This document shows, piece after piece, positions 1-9,144 of a stretch of DNA of 64,000 nucleotides. Location: positions 896,001 to 960,000 of the forward strand of contig OZ241869.1 in NCBI GenBank assembly GCA_965202805.1, in the 5' to 3' direction. Numbering within the stretch: position 1 is the first letter of the stretch; each line of letters begins with the position of its first letter. The DNA is from Longimicrobiales bacterium. GTDB taxonomy: Bacteria; Gemmatimonadota; Gemmatimonadetes; Longimicrobiales; Gaopeijiaceae. Made by a program: the position numbers and the translations under genes. Under the pieces are notes generated by a model, which did not search any database, was not told the DNA's origin, and saw only the letters and a list, made by a program, of their open reading frames with translations.

Positions 1-354
1 GTCGGGGAAGGGTATCCGTCCCTCCTGCAGGATGCACTCGTGCGCGACTGCATCGTGCCGCTCGCGCACATGCGGGGCACCGTCCCCATCGTGGACGAGC
101 ACGACAGGGTCGTGGGCGTCGTCACCGCCGGCGACCTTACGCGCCTCATGGAGCGCGAACCGGATTTCCTTCATATTCCCATCCGGGCCATCATGAGCTC
201 CGAGCCCAGGCTGGCCCGGCTCGGAACCCTGGCCTCCGCATCCGCCCGGGAGATGGAGAAGCACGGGGTCATGGCATTGCCCGTGGTGGACGCAGGGGAC
301 CGGCTGCGCGGCGTCGTGCATCTCCACGACTTGATGAGATCGGGAGTTCTATGA
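1..354 (+). CDS. kdsD: KpsF/GutQ family arabinose-5-phosphate isomerase, C-terminal CBS pair (5' partial)
   Basis: Frame open from base 1. CBS-type motifs (VGVVTAGDLTR; LPVVD...GVVHLHDL). Lies upstream of lptC-lptA-lptB-rpoN. Confidence 0.85.
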   Translation, partial: VGEGYPSLLQDALVRDCIVPLAHMRGTVPIVDEHDRVVGVVTAGDLTRLMEREPDFLHIPIRAIMSSEPRLARLGTLASASAREMEKHGVMALPVVDAGDRLRGVVHLHDLMRSGVL

Positions 355-899
355 TGTTGAAAAACAGGAAGATGGCGGTACTGCTGGTGATCGCGGCAGT
401 GGGCACCGCGGGGTGCGAGGAGCAGGTCGCGACAACGCCGCTGCCGGAAGAGCTGCGCGCCCTCGAGGCCGACCAGGTCCTCTTCGACATCGTGACCCAT
501 GTGACGGTGGACGGCATCCGGGAAGCCCGCATTCAGGCCGACACCGCCTATATCTGGCAGGACTCGACCTCCGTGGCGCTGCGCACGGTGAACCTGATCA
601 TGTACGACGAAGGCGGGGTGGAGCGCGCGCGCGTGACCTCCCGGACCGGACTGATGAACCAGGACACCCAGCACATGGTCGCGCGTGGCGACGCCGTTCT
701 CGTCATGACGGACCGGCGCATCGAGAGCGCGGAGATCCACTACGAGCCCCAGAGGGACCGCATCTGGAGCGATTCGACCACGGTCATGACGATGACGGAA
801 GGAGGCCGGGTGGTCGAGGGATCCGCGTTCCTGTCCGACGCCAACTTCGAGAGCATCTTCATTCAGAACCAGCGAACGCGGAGCGGCGGAGGGCCCTGA
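351..899 (+). CDS. lptC: LPS export periplasmic protein LptC (lipoprotein-like)
   Basis: Lipobox-like TAGC, beta-jellyroll-like sequence, position in lpt cluster, overlap with upstream stop. Confidence 0.85.
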   Translation: MMLKNRKMAVLLVIAAVGTAGCEEQVATTPLPEELRALEADQVLFDIVTHVTVDGIREARIQADTAYIWQDSTSVALRTVNLIMYDEGGVERARVTSRTGLMNQDTQHMVARGDAVLVMTDRRIESAEIHYEPQRDRIWSDSTTVMTMTEGGRVVEGSAFLSDANFESIFIQNQRTRSGGGP

Positions 900-900
900 A

Positions 901-3237
901 TTGCGCCGCTCCCCGGTTCTGGCGGCCCTGATGGCGGGCTCGGCCCTGTGGCTGGCGAATGGCGTCGCGGCGCAGGACGCCTGCGACCTGCTCCAGTCCC
1001 GCTCCTCCACCGTCCAGCTGACCAGGGACGGTTTCTTCAACTTCATCTCCGAGCCCGTGTTCGGCTGCGGAGGGGACGTCATCATCCGCGCGGACAGCGC
1101 CGTGCTGGATGACGTCTCGGGCTACACCCGCTTCGTCGGCAACTTCGAGTACCGCGACTCGACGGCGTTCATGACCGCGGACCGCGCCGACCACTTCGCC
1201 TCGGAGGGCCGGCTCATCGGAGTCGGCAACGTCCACATCACCGACGGGGCCACGGGCGCCATCTTCGAGGGCGACAGCACCGTTCTGGTGGGCTCCAGCG
1301 CCCGGCGCGAGGACGGGGAGATGACGATCATGGGCCTGGAGGGGCGGCGGGCGCACGCGGTCATCCTCGTGTCGCCTCAGGCGCCCGCGCCGGATTCGGC
1401 CGAGGTCCCGTCGGACTCCCCCGAGGTGGAGAGCGATTCGGCCGAGGTCGCAGATTCGACCGAAGTCCCGGAGGACACTGCGGCCGCGGTGAGCGATTCG
1501 GCGCTCGCCGGGGATTCCACCGGTGCCGCCGCGGAAGACCCGGGGGATCCGACCACCCCGGGCGACTCCACCCAGGTCGCCACGGACACCCCTGCCGCTC
1601 CGGTCGATTCAGCCGCTGCCGAGGCCGGCGAACCAGAGGTTGCGACCCCCGACCCGCCACCCCCGGACACCACGCCCGTCCCCTACGACATCGACGCCGA
1701 GCGCATCCACCTGACGGGCGCGGACTACATGCTGGCCACCGGCAACGCGGAGCTCTACAACGATGAGTTTCGCGCGCTCGCGGATTCCATCGAGTACCGG
1801 GAACCCGCCGGCAAGCTCTTCCTGCGGGGGACGGCGCCGCGCGTGTTCGGATACGGAGCGGAATACGAGCTGAGCGGCGATGCGGTGGATCTGGACATGG
1901 ACGGCAACCAGGTCGCGGCGCGTGGTGACGCCGCCCTCTCCGGGAGCGAGATCGACCTGACCGCGCCCGAAATCCGGGTATTGATGATCGACGGGGTGCT
2001 GGATCGCATCGTGGCCATGAACGAGCAGCCGCCCGAGCCGGAGCTGCCCGGGCCTGCCGATGACTTCGATGCGCCCTCCGAGGACTCCGCGGCAGCCATC
2101 GTGGCCGCCGCCGGGGAGACGCCCGCGGAAAGTACCGCCGAAGCCGCAAGGGAAGCGCCCACGGACGAGACCGCGTCAGACGCCGGCGCCGCCCCGGCAG
2201 AGCAGGCCGCCGGCGACGCCCGGACCGAGCCTGCCGAGCTGGTGCCGGGCGAAGCGATCCCGCTGGGCGAGGAGTCGGCGCCCGGGGAAGCGGGCGCGCT
2301 CGGCACAACGCAGGGGGAGACCGGAGATTCCGCCGCCGCGCCTCCTCCCGCCCGCCCGCGCGCGGTGGCAGAGACGTTCGAGCTGGAAGGGGACTCCATC
2401 GATGTCCTGGCCCCCAACGAGCTGCTCGAGCGCGTGGTCGCGGTGGGCAGCGCGCGCGGCGAGTCGCTGGCCCGCGATTCGCTCAACACCGAAGACACGC
2501 CGGAGATCGCGCGCTCGGACTGGGTCTCCGGCGACACCATCATCGCCATGTTCCGGCCCGTGGCCGCCGACACGTCGGCGGACGCCGGCGCCGAACCGGA
2601 CGAGGGCCGGCCGGCCGGCGGCTACCAGCTCGATCGGCTGGTGGCCTTGGGCGAGGCGGCGAGCCTCTACCGCATGACTCCCTCCGGCGGCGACGGCGCG
2701 GAAGGGGAAGAAGAGCCTCGCGAAGGCCAAGGGGAAGGCGAAGGCCAGGGGGAAGGGGAGGACATCGCGCTGGAGGACGCCGCGGATCCGGCGCAGCAGA
2801 GCCCCGAGGACGAAGTCCCCGCGGAGAACGTCGTGGACGAGGCAACCGCGGCGGAGGAAGTCGTCGAAGAAGAAGTGTCCGGCGAGCCCGTGCAGGAAGC
2901 CGCACCGGAGGACGACCCCGACGCGCAGGAACCCGCCACGGAGAACGATCCCGACGCCCAGGAAGCCCCCATGGAGGACGACCCCGACGCGCAGGAAGCC
3001 GCGGAAGAGGACGGGGGAGAAGAAGCGGCTTCGGAAGCCGAACCGGACAACCGCCTCGCCCTCCACTACGTGCGGGGAGACCTGATCACTATCTTCATGG
3101 AGAACGGTGAAGTGACCTCGGTGATCGTGGAGGGCAACGCCCGCGGCGTACAACTCGAACCTCTCGTGGCCTCGCCCCCCGACACGACCACGGCACCTCC
3201 CGACACGACCGCGGCGCCTCCTGCCGCACGGAGATGA
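901..3237 (+). CDS. lptA: Large LptA/OstA-family periplasmic protein with acidic low-complexity inserts
   Basis: Signal peptide, OstA-like segments (ADSAVL, FVGNFEY, GVGNVHI), located between lptC and lptB. TTG start uncertain. Confidence 0.7.
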   Translation: MRRSPVLAALMAGSALWLANGVAAQDACDLLQSRSSTVQLTRDGFFNFISEPVFGCGGDVIIRADSAVLDDVSGYTRFVGNFEYRDSTAFMTADRADHFASEGRLIGVGNVHITDGATGAIFEGDSTVLVGSSARREDGEMTIMGLEGRRAHAVILVSPQAPAPDSAEVPSDSPEVESDSAEVADSTEVPEDTAAAVSDSALAGDSTGAAAEDPGDPTTPGDSTQVATDTPAAPVDSAAAEAGEPEVATPDPPPPDTTPVPYDIDAERIHLTGADYMLATGNAELYNDEFRALADSIEYREPAGKLFLRGTAPRVFGYGAEYELSGDAVDLDMDGNQVAARGDAALSGSEIDLTAPEIRVLMIDGVLDRIVAMNEQPPEPELPGPADDFDAPSEDSAAAIVAAAGETPAESTAEAAREAPTDETASDAGAAPAEQAAGDARTEPAELVPGEAIPLGEESAPGEAGALGTTQGETGDSAAAPPPARPRAVAETFELEGDSIDVLAPNELLERVVAVGSARGESLARDSLNTEDTPEIARSDWVSGDTIIAMFRPVAADTSADAGAEPDEGRPAGGYQLDRLVALGEAASLYRMTPSGGDGAEGEEEPREGQGEGEGQGEGEDIALEDAADPAQQSPEDEVPAENVVDEATAAEEVVEEEVSGEPVQEAAPEDDPDAQEPATENDPDAQEAPMEDDPDAQEAAEEDGGEEAASEAEPDNRLALHYVRGDLITIFMENGEVTSVIVEGNARGVQLEPLVASPPDTTTAPPDTTAAPPAARR
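2908..3006 (+). repeat. Three tandem 33-bp coding repeats (E[D/N]DPDAQExxx)
   Basis: Units at 2908-2940, 2941-2973 and 2974-3006 read directly from the sequence. Confidence 0.9.
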
Positions 3238-3238
3238 A

Positions 3239-4432
3239 ATGACGCTGGAACGTTTTCTGGAGCTGATGCGGGAACTCGAGCCGCACGACGTCTCGGTGGC
3301 GGTCGCGGTCCTGGAGTTGATCCGGGGCGCGGACGATTCGGGATCCGTGAACCGGGACGACTGGGTGACGTCGGTGCGCCGCCAGTACGAGGAACTCGAA
3401 CTTCACCTGAAGGCCTCCTGGCGCGAGCGCGGCGGCGAACTCGGCGGCTACCTGGAGGAACAGGTGATCGGGCGCCTGGAGGCCGTCGGCATCGCCGGCC
3501 GCGATTCGGACGAGGACGACTGGGAACGTCTGACCCTCGATGCCGGGCTGTGGGAGGAACTGGCCGGCGAACGCGACCCGCTGGTCGAGAACATCGAGGC
3601 GATGGCGGTCGTGCTGCAGCACAAGTTCGGCGTTCTGGCCAGCGAGTCGGAGGACAACGGCGCCTCGCCGCCGGCCAGCCGGCTGGTCGCGACGGGGCTG
3701 ACCAAGAGCTACGGCGGACGCAAGGTGGTGAACGAGGTCGACATCGCCGTGGAACAGGGTGAGATCGTCGGGCTGCTCGGGCCGAACGGCGCCGGCAAGA
3801 CCACGACCTTCTACATGATGGTCGGGCTGATCTCGCCCCAGGCCGGGGAGGTGCGGCTGGACGACCGGGTGCTCACCGGCGTTCCGATGTACAGGAGGTC
3901 GCGCCTCGGGGTCGGCTATCTCGCCCAGGAGCCCTCCATCTTCCGGCGCCTGACCGTCGAACAGAACGTAATGGCGATCCTGGAGACGCTTCCGCTTCCG
4001 CGGGCGGAGCGCAGGCAGCGCCTCGACGAGCTGCTGTCGGAGCTCTCCATCGGCCACCTTCGCCACTCGAAGGCCTTTTCGCTCTCCGGCGGCGAACGGC
4101 GCCGGCTGGAGATCACCCGCGCGCTCGTCCAGCGTCCCAAGTTCATGCTTCTCGACGAGCCCTTCGCCGGAATCGACCCCATCGCGGTCAACGACATCCA
4201 GCAGATCGTGGCCGGGCTGCGGCACCGCGGCATCGGAGTGATCATCTCGGACCACAGCGTGGAACAGACGCTGGAGATCGTCGACCGCGCCTACATCATG
4301 CACGAGGGTCGCATCCGGGTCGTCGGCACCGTCTCCGAACTGGTCTGGAACGACGAAGTGGCGGATATCTACCTTGGCCCCGTCCTGACCGACCGCATGC
4401 GCAAGCGCTTCAATCCTCCCGTGCCGGCATGA
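3239..4432 (+). CDS. lptB: LPS export ABC ATPase LptB with about 145-aa N-terminal extension
   Basis: GPNGAGKTT, YLAQEPSIF, LSGGERRRLEI, LLDEPFAGIDP; precedes rpoN. Confidence 0.92.
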   Translation: MTLERFLELMRELEPHDVSVAVAVLELIRGADDSGSVNRDDWVTSVRRQYEELELHLKASWRERGGELGGYLEEQVIGRLEAVGIAGRDSDEDDWERLTLDAGLWEELAGERDPLVENIEAMAVVLQHKFGVLASESEDNGASPPASRLVATGLTKSYGGRKVVNEVDIAVEQGEIVGLLGPNGAGKTTTFYMMVGLISPQAGEVRLDDRVLTGVPMYRRSRLGVGYLAQEPSIFRRLTVEQNVMAILETLPLPRAERRQRLDELLSELSIGHLRHSKAFSLSGGERRRLEITRALVQRPKFMLLDEPFAGIDPIAVNDIQQIVAGLRHRGIGVIISDHSVEQTLEIVDRAYIMHEGRIRVVGTVSELVWNDEVADIYLGPVLTDRMRKRFNPPVPA

Positions 4433-5910
4433 GCGGTCTCGGAACCCGGCTCATCCAGAGCCCGGAGCTCAGGCAGGAGCTCAGGCTCAACCCGCGCCTG
4501 TACCAGGCGATGGAGCTGCTTCATCTTCCGCTGCTCGACCTCCAGCAGCGTCTCAAGCAGGAGATGACGGAAAACCCGTTCCTGGAGGTGGTGGAAGGCG
4601 ACACCGAGCAGGAAGTGGAGCTGGACCAGGACGGCGCGGACGAAGACGAGGACGAGGTCGACTGGGAATCCATCCTGCTCGACGGATTCGACGCCGGCGG
4701 ACGCCGGGCCCAGTACGAGGCCCGTGACTTCGAGCTTCCCACGCCGTCCAGGGCTCCGGACCTCCGCGATCATCTCGAGAACCAGACCCAGCTGCTGACG
4801 CTCTCCGACCGCGAGCACAGGGTCGCACAGGAGATCATCGGCAACATCGACGACGACGGTCTCCTGCGCTGTCCGCTGGAAACCATCGCCGAAGACCTCA
4901 ACACCTGGCTCGAGGAAGTTCGGGACATCGCGCTCGATGCCGTCGGGGACGAGTCTCCGGAGGAGCTGGCCACGATGCTCGCTCCCTTCGGCGTGCGCGA
5001 CGTGGAGGCGGTGCTTGAGATCGTGCAGGACATGGATCCCCCCGGCGTGGGGGCGCGCGATCTGCGCGAGTGCCTCCTCATCCAGCTGCGCGAAGCGGGA
5101 GAGGAGGATGAACTCATCTGGGTCCTGGTCGACGAGCACTTCGACGACCTCCTGAGCCATCGCTGGGCCAACATCGCCCGCGCCGTCGCCGGGGTGACGC
5201 CCCGGATGGTCCAGGATACCGCCGATCGGCTCGCCAGGCTGGACCCGAAGCCGGGACTCAGGTATTCGCCCGAACCGGACTACTACATCGTCCCGGATCT
5301 GATCGTAGAGAAGATCTCCGGCGAGTACATGGTGTTCGCCAACGACACCAGCATGCCCCAGTTGAGGCTGGCGCGGTCCTACCAGGAGGTCGCCCGCGAC
5401 AAGCATCTGTTCCGGGGGGAGAACAGGAAGTTCATCAAGAACAAGCTGAATTCCGCCAGCTGGATGATCCAGGCCATCGAACAGCGGCGCCAGACGATGC
5501 TCAAGGTGATGCAGTACATCGTGGAACGTCAGCACGACTTCTTCGAGAACGGGGTGCAGCACCTGCGTCCGCTCACCCTGCGGGAAGTGGGCGACCATAT
5601 CGAGATGCACGAATCGACCGTCTCGCGCGTGACCAACGAGAAATATGTGGAGACGCCGCGGGGTGTCTTCAGCCTCAAGTACTTCTTCTCGAGCGGGCTC
5701 TCAACCACAAGCGGCACAGACATTTCCGCGCGCGGAGTGAAGGCGAAGATGGAAGCGCTCATCTCCGGGGAGGACACCCGCAAACCCCTCACCGACATGG
5801 CCCTGGTCAAACTCCTCCGCGCCGACGGCGTGAAGATCGCCCGCCGGACGGTGGCAAAGTATCGCGACCAGATCGGCATCCTCCCCGCGCGCATGCGCAA
5901 GCGTCTGTGA
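4429..5910 (+). CDS. rpoN: RNA polymerase sigma-54 factor
   Basis: RpoN box ARRTVAKYR, HESTVSRVT, PPGVGARDLRECL. Confidence 0.97.
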   Translation: MSGLGTRLIQSPELRQELRLNPRLYQAMELLHLPLLDLQQRLKQEMTENPFLEVVEGDTEQEVELDQDGADEDEDEVDWESILLDGFDAGGRRAQYEARDFELPTPSRAPDLRDHLENQTQLLTLSDREHRVAQEIIGNIDDDGLLRCPLETIAEDLNTWLEEVRDIALDAVGDESPEELATMLAPFGVRDVEAVLEIVQDMDPPGVGARDLRECLLIQLREAGEEDELIWVLVDEHFDDLLSHRWANIARAVAGVTPRMVQDTADRLARLDPKPGLRYSPEPDYYIVPDLIVEKISGEYMVFANDTSMPQLRLARSYQEVARDKHLFRGENRKFIKNKLNSASWMIQAIEQRRQTMLKVMQYIVERQHDFFENGVQHLRPLTLREVGDHIEMHESTVSRVTNEKYVETPRGVFSLKYFFSSGLSTTSGTDISARGVKAKMEALISGEDTRKPLTDMALVKLLRADGVKIARRTVAKYRDQIGILPARMRKRL

Positions 5911-5971
5911 GCGCATCGCCCCGCGTCGGTCACGCCGGCGCACCCCGGCACCGCGGCACACGGCACCGGGG

Positions 5972-7138
5972 ATGACGCGTCCGCGCGTCCTGGTGGTGAT
6001 CGGCACCCGGCCCGAGGCGATCAAGATGGCCCCGGTGGCGGAGGCGCTACGCGAACGCGACGACCTTGTGGAGAGCGCGGTCGCCCTCACCGGGCAGCAC
6101 ACCGACATGGTCGACCAGGCGCTGGAAGCCTTCTCCATCACTCCCGATTTCGACCTGGACATCATGAAGTCCGGGCAGACTCTCTACGACGTCGGCCGGG
6201 GCTGCATGGAAGGGCTCAGGGACATGATCCGGGAGTTTGAGCCGGCCATGATGCTGGTTCAGGGTGACACGGCCAGCGTCTTCTTCGGTTCGCTGGTGGG
6301 TTTTTTCGAGCGCATCCAGGTAGGACATGTCGAAGCCGGGCTGCGCAGCCGCAACCGATGGGCACCATACCCGGAGGAGCTCTTCCGGCAGATGACGGAC
6401 ACGCTCGCCGAGCTTCACTTCGCGCCCACTGCGCTGGCGCGGCAGCACCTTCTTGCCGAAGGGGTGTCCGACGACTCCATTCACGTCACGGGCAATACGG
6501 TTGTCGACGCACTCATGCGGCTGGCCCGCCGCGAAACCGACATCGAGGACGGCGTGCTGGCCGAACTTCTGGCGGGAGATGCCCCCCTGGTGCTGCTCAC
6601 GGCCCACCGGCGCGAGTCCTTCGGGGAACCTCTGCGGCGCGTCTTTGGCGCCGTCCGCGAGATCGCGGACCGATGTCCGGATGTCCAGGTCATCTATCCC
6701 GTTCACCCCAACCCTCAGGTCGTCCTCCCGGCGCGCGAGCACCTCGCCGACCATCCTCGCGTGCACCTGACGGACCCCCTGACATACCCGGATCTGCTGC
6801 GGGCGCTCGCCAGGGCGAGCCTCGTGCTTACCGACTCCGGGGGAATCCAGGAGGAGGCTCCCACGTTCGGCACGCCCGTCCTCGTGCTGCGAGAGGTGAC
6901 CGAACGCCCGGAAGGCGTCGCGGCGGGGGTTGCCAGGCTTGTGGGAACCGACCGGGGTCTGATCGTCGGGGAGGCGCTGGCCGCCCTTGCGGGTGTGAAC
7001 GGGGATGGGGACCGCGAAGCCGGCTTCACCAACCCCTACGGCGATGGCGACGCGGCGGCGCGGATCGCCGACATCGTGGCGCACCGGCTTACCGGAGTCC
7101 CGCGCCGGACCCGTGACTGGCTTCCGGGAGCGCCATGA
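5972..7138 (+). CDS. wecB: UDP-N-acetylglucosamine 2-epimerase (non-hydrolysing)
   Basis: GTRPEAIKMAP, TGQH, HVEAGLRS, TDSGGIQEEA, NPYGDG. Confidence 0.95.
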   Translation: MTRPRVLVVIGTRPEAIKMAPVAEALRERDDLVESAVALTGQHTDMVDQALEAFSITPDFDLDIMKSGQTLYDVGRGCMEGLRDMIREFEPAMMLVQGDTASVFFGSLVGFFERIQVGHVEAGLRSRNRWAPYPEELFRQMTDTLAELHFAPTALARQHLLAEGVSDDSIHVTGNTVVDALMRLARRETDIEDGVLAELLAGDAPLVLLTAHRRESFGEPLRRVFGAVREIADRCPDVQVIYPVHPNPQVVLPAREHLADHPRVHLTDPLTYPDLLRALARASLVLTDSGGIQEEAPTFGTPVLVLREVTERPEGVAAGVARLVGTDRGLIVGEALAALAGVNGDGDREAGFTNPYGDGDAAARIADIVAHRLTGVPRRTRDWLPGAP

Positions 7139-8256
7139 ACATCCTGATGCACTGCATCTACTTCCCACCGGAAATAGGCGGGCTGGAGAGCCACGTCTTC
7201 AACCTGTGCCGCGGACTGGTGGCCAGGGGACACCGCGTGGATGTGGTCACCTCGCGGTCCCGACCGAATCTGCCCCGCGAACAGCTCATGGGGGATATCC
7301 ACGTCTCGAGGACATGGCTTCCCGCGCGCAACCCGGGCGGGTGGTTCCTGCACTCGATGTGCTCGACACCGCGCACCACCCGGACGAGCGCCCGGGCGGA
7401 CGTGGTGCACGCCCAGGCCATCGCCTCCATCCCGCCGGCGTGGATTGCAGGCCGGATTCGAGGCCGGCCGCTGATTACGACCCTGCACACCTCCCATTTT
7501 CTGCGCCTGGCGGGGAAGGCGCAGTGGCGGCCGGGTCTGCGCGCCCTTCTGCGCGCTTCCGACCACACCTTCGCCACCAGCGTCGAGATCGCCGACGTCG
7601 CCGACGGACTGCTCCCGGGCCTGTCCACCGAGGCCGTGACCAACGGGGTCGACACCTCCGTGTTTCGCCGCCGCGAGCCGTCGCTTCCGCCGATGTCCGG
7701 GCCGACCCTGGTCGTGCCGCGCCGTCTGTTTCCCAAGAACGGAGTGCGGTTCTTCGTGCGCGCGATGCCCGAAATCGCCGCGCAGATCCCCGAAATCCAG
7801 GCGATCCTGGTGGGAGACGGACCGGAGCGTGAAGAGCTGGAGGGCCTGAGCGCGCAGCTGGGGGTAGCGGACCGGATCCGTTTCCTCGGCGCACGGCCCA
7901 ACGCCGAGATGCCGGGCATTCTCTCCTCCGCCACGGCAGCGGTCATTCCGTCGCTCATGGAGGCGACCTCGATCGCCGCGCTGGAAGCCATGTCGTGCGA
8001 ACTCCCGGTGGCAGCTTCCCGGGTAGGAGGGCTGCCGGAGATCATCGACGAGTCCGTGGGCACGCTTTTCGCGCCGGGGGATCCCACCGATCTCGCCGCA
8101 CGGCTCGTCGCCCTCCTGCGCCGAAGGGATCTGGAGAGCGTGGGTCGTCGAGGCCGGGAACGGGTGGTCACCCGCTGGAGCAACGACCGGCTCGTGCAAC
8201 GTCATCTCGAGGTCTACCGGGCCCTCGGAGCAGGGGAGACGGCGCCCCGTGCCTGA
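7135..8256 (+). CDS. GT4 family glycosyltransferase
   Basis: FPPEIGG N-terminus; PSLMEATSIAALEAM and VGGLPEII C-terminal GT-B motifs. Confidence 0.9.
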   Translation: MNILMHCIYFPPEIGGLESHVFNLCRGLVARGHRVDVVTSRSRPNLPREQLMGDIHVSRTWLPARNPGGWFLHSMCSTPRTTRTSARADVVHAQAIASIPPAWIAGRIRGRPLITTLHTSHFLRLAGKAQWRPGLRALLRASDHTFATSVEIADVADGLLPGLSTEAVTNGVDTSVFRRREPSLPPMSGPTLVVPRRLFPKNGVRFFVRAMPEIAAQIPEIQAILVGDGPEREELEGLSAQLGVADRIRFLGARPNAEMPGILSSATAAVIPSLMEATSIAALEAMSCELPVAASRVGGLPEIIDESVGTLFAPGDPTDLAARLVALLRRRDLESVGRRGRERVVTRWSNDRLVQRHLEVYRALGAGETAPRA

Positions 8257-8974
8257 CGACCGACTGCTCGTCCTCATCCCGACCTTCAACGAGCGGGAGA
8301 ACCTCCCCCGGATCGTGCCCCTGGTTCTGGAGCAGGACGCGGGCATCGAGATCCTGGTCATCGATGACGGGTCTCCGGACGGCACCGGCCAGCTGGCCGA
8401 TGAGATGGCGGCCGCCGAACCTCGACTCCACGTGCTTCATCGAACCGAGAAGCTCGGCCTCGGCCCCGCGTACCTGGCGGGTTTCCGGTGGGGGCTCGCG
8501 CGCGGCTATCCGCTTCTCTGCGAGATGGACGCCGACCTGTCGCATTCGCCGGAGATGCTGCCGGCGTTCATGGAGCAGACCCGCCACGCGGACGTCGTCA
8601 TCGGATCCCGTTATCTCAACGGCCGGGTCACGGTGGTCGACTGGCCCATGAGCCGGCTGCTGATCAGCTACTTCGGCTGCTGGTACGCGCGCACCATCAC
8701 CGGTCTTCCGGTCGCCGACGCCACCGGCGGCTTCAACTGCTGGCGCAGGGAAGTCCTCGAGGCCCTCGACCTCGACCGGATCGTCTCCAACGGATACGCC
8801 TTCCAGATCGAGTTGAAGTTCCGTGCGGCCCGCAAGGGCTTTCGCCTGGTCGAGGTGCCGATCGTCTTCACGGAGCGCGATTCCGGGGAGTCGAAGATGT
8901 CGGGGAAGATCGTTCGGGAAGCGGTCTGGCGCGTCTGGATGCTCCGCATTCTCGATCTGCTCGGCCGTTTGTGA
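8249..8974 (+). CDS. Polyprenol monophosphomannose synthase (GT2, DPM1-like)
   Basis: IPTFNEREN, DDGSPDGT, MDADLSH, IGSRY, DATGGF, GYAFQIE, ESKMS. Confidence 0.88.
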   Translation: MPDDRLLVLIPTFNERENLPRIVPLVLEQDAGIEILVIDDGSPDGTGQLADEMAAAEPRLHVLHRTEKLGLGPAYLAGFRWGLARGYPLLCEMDADLSHSPEMLPAFMEQTRHADVVIGSRYLNGRVTVVDWPMSRLLISYFGCWYARTITGLPVADATGGFNCWRREVLEALDLDRIVSNGYAFQIELKFRAARKGFRLVEVPIVFTERDSGESKMSGKIVREAVWRVWMLRILDLLGRL

Positions 8975-9116
8975 AGGATCTTCCTCCAGGATCCTGACGG
9001 ACGGCCCCGGACCCCTCCCATCAGAATTCCGAATGCTGAAATCACGGAATTCTGTCGCCGGAATCAGGGAAATTCTACGTCACAGAATCCTGAGAGGGGA
9101 TGGCAGGATTTCAGAG

Positions 9117-9144
9117 ACTATACATAATACATATTATGCGCAGC
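9117..9144 (-). other. dif-like XerC/XerD recombination site
   Basis: Minus strand GCTGCGCATAA-TATGTA-TTATGTATAGT versus E. coli dif GGTGCGCATAA-TGTATA-TTATGTTAAAT. 11-6-11 architecture, intergenic, flanking gene blocks converge on it. Confidence 0.85.
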
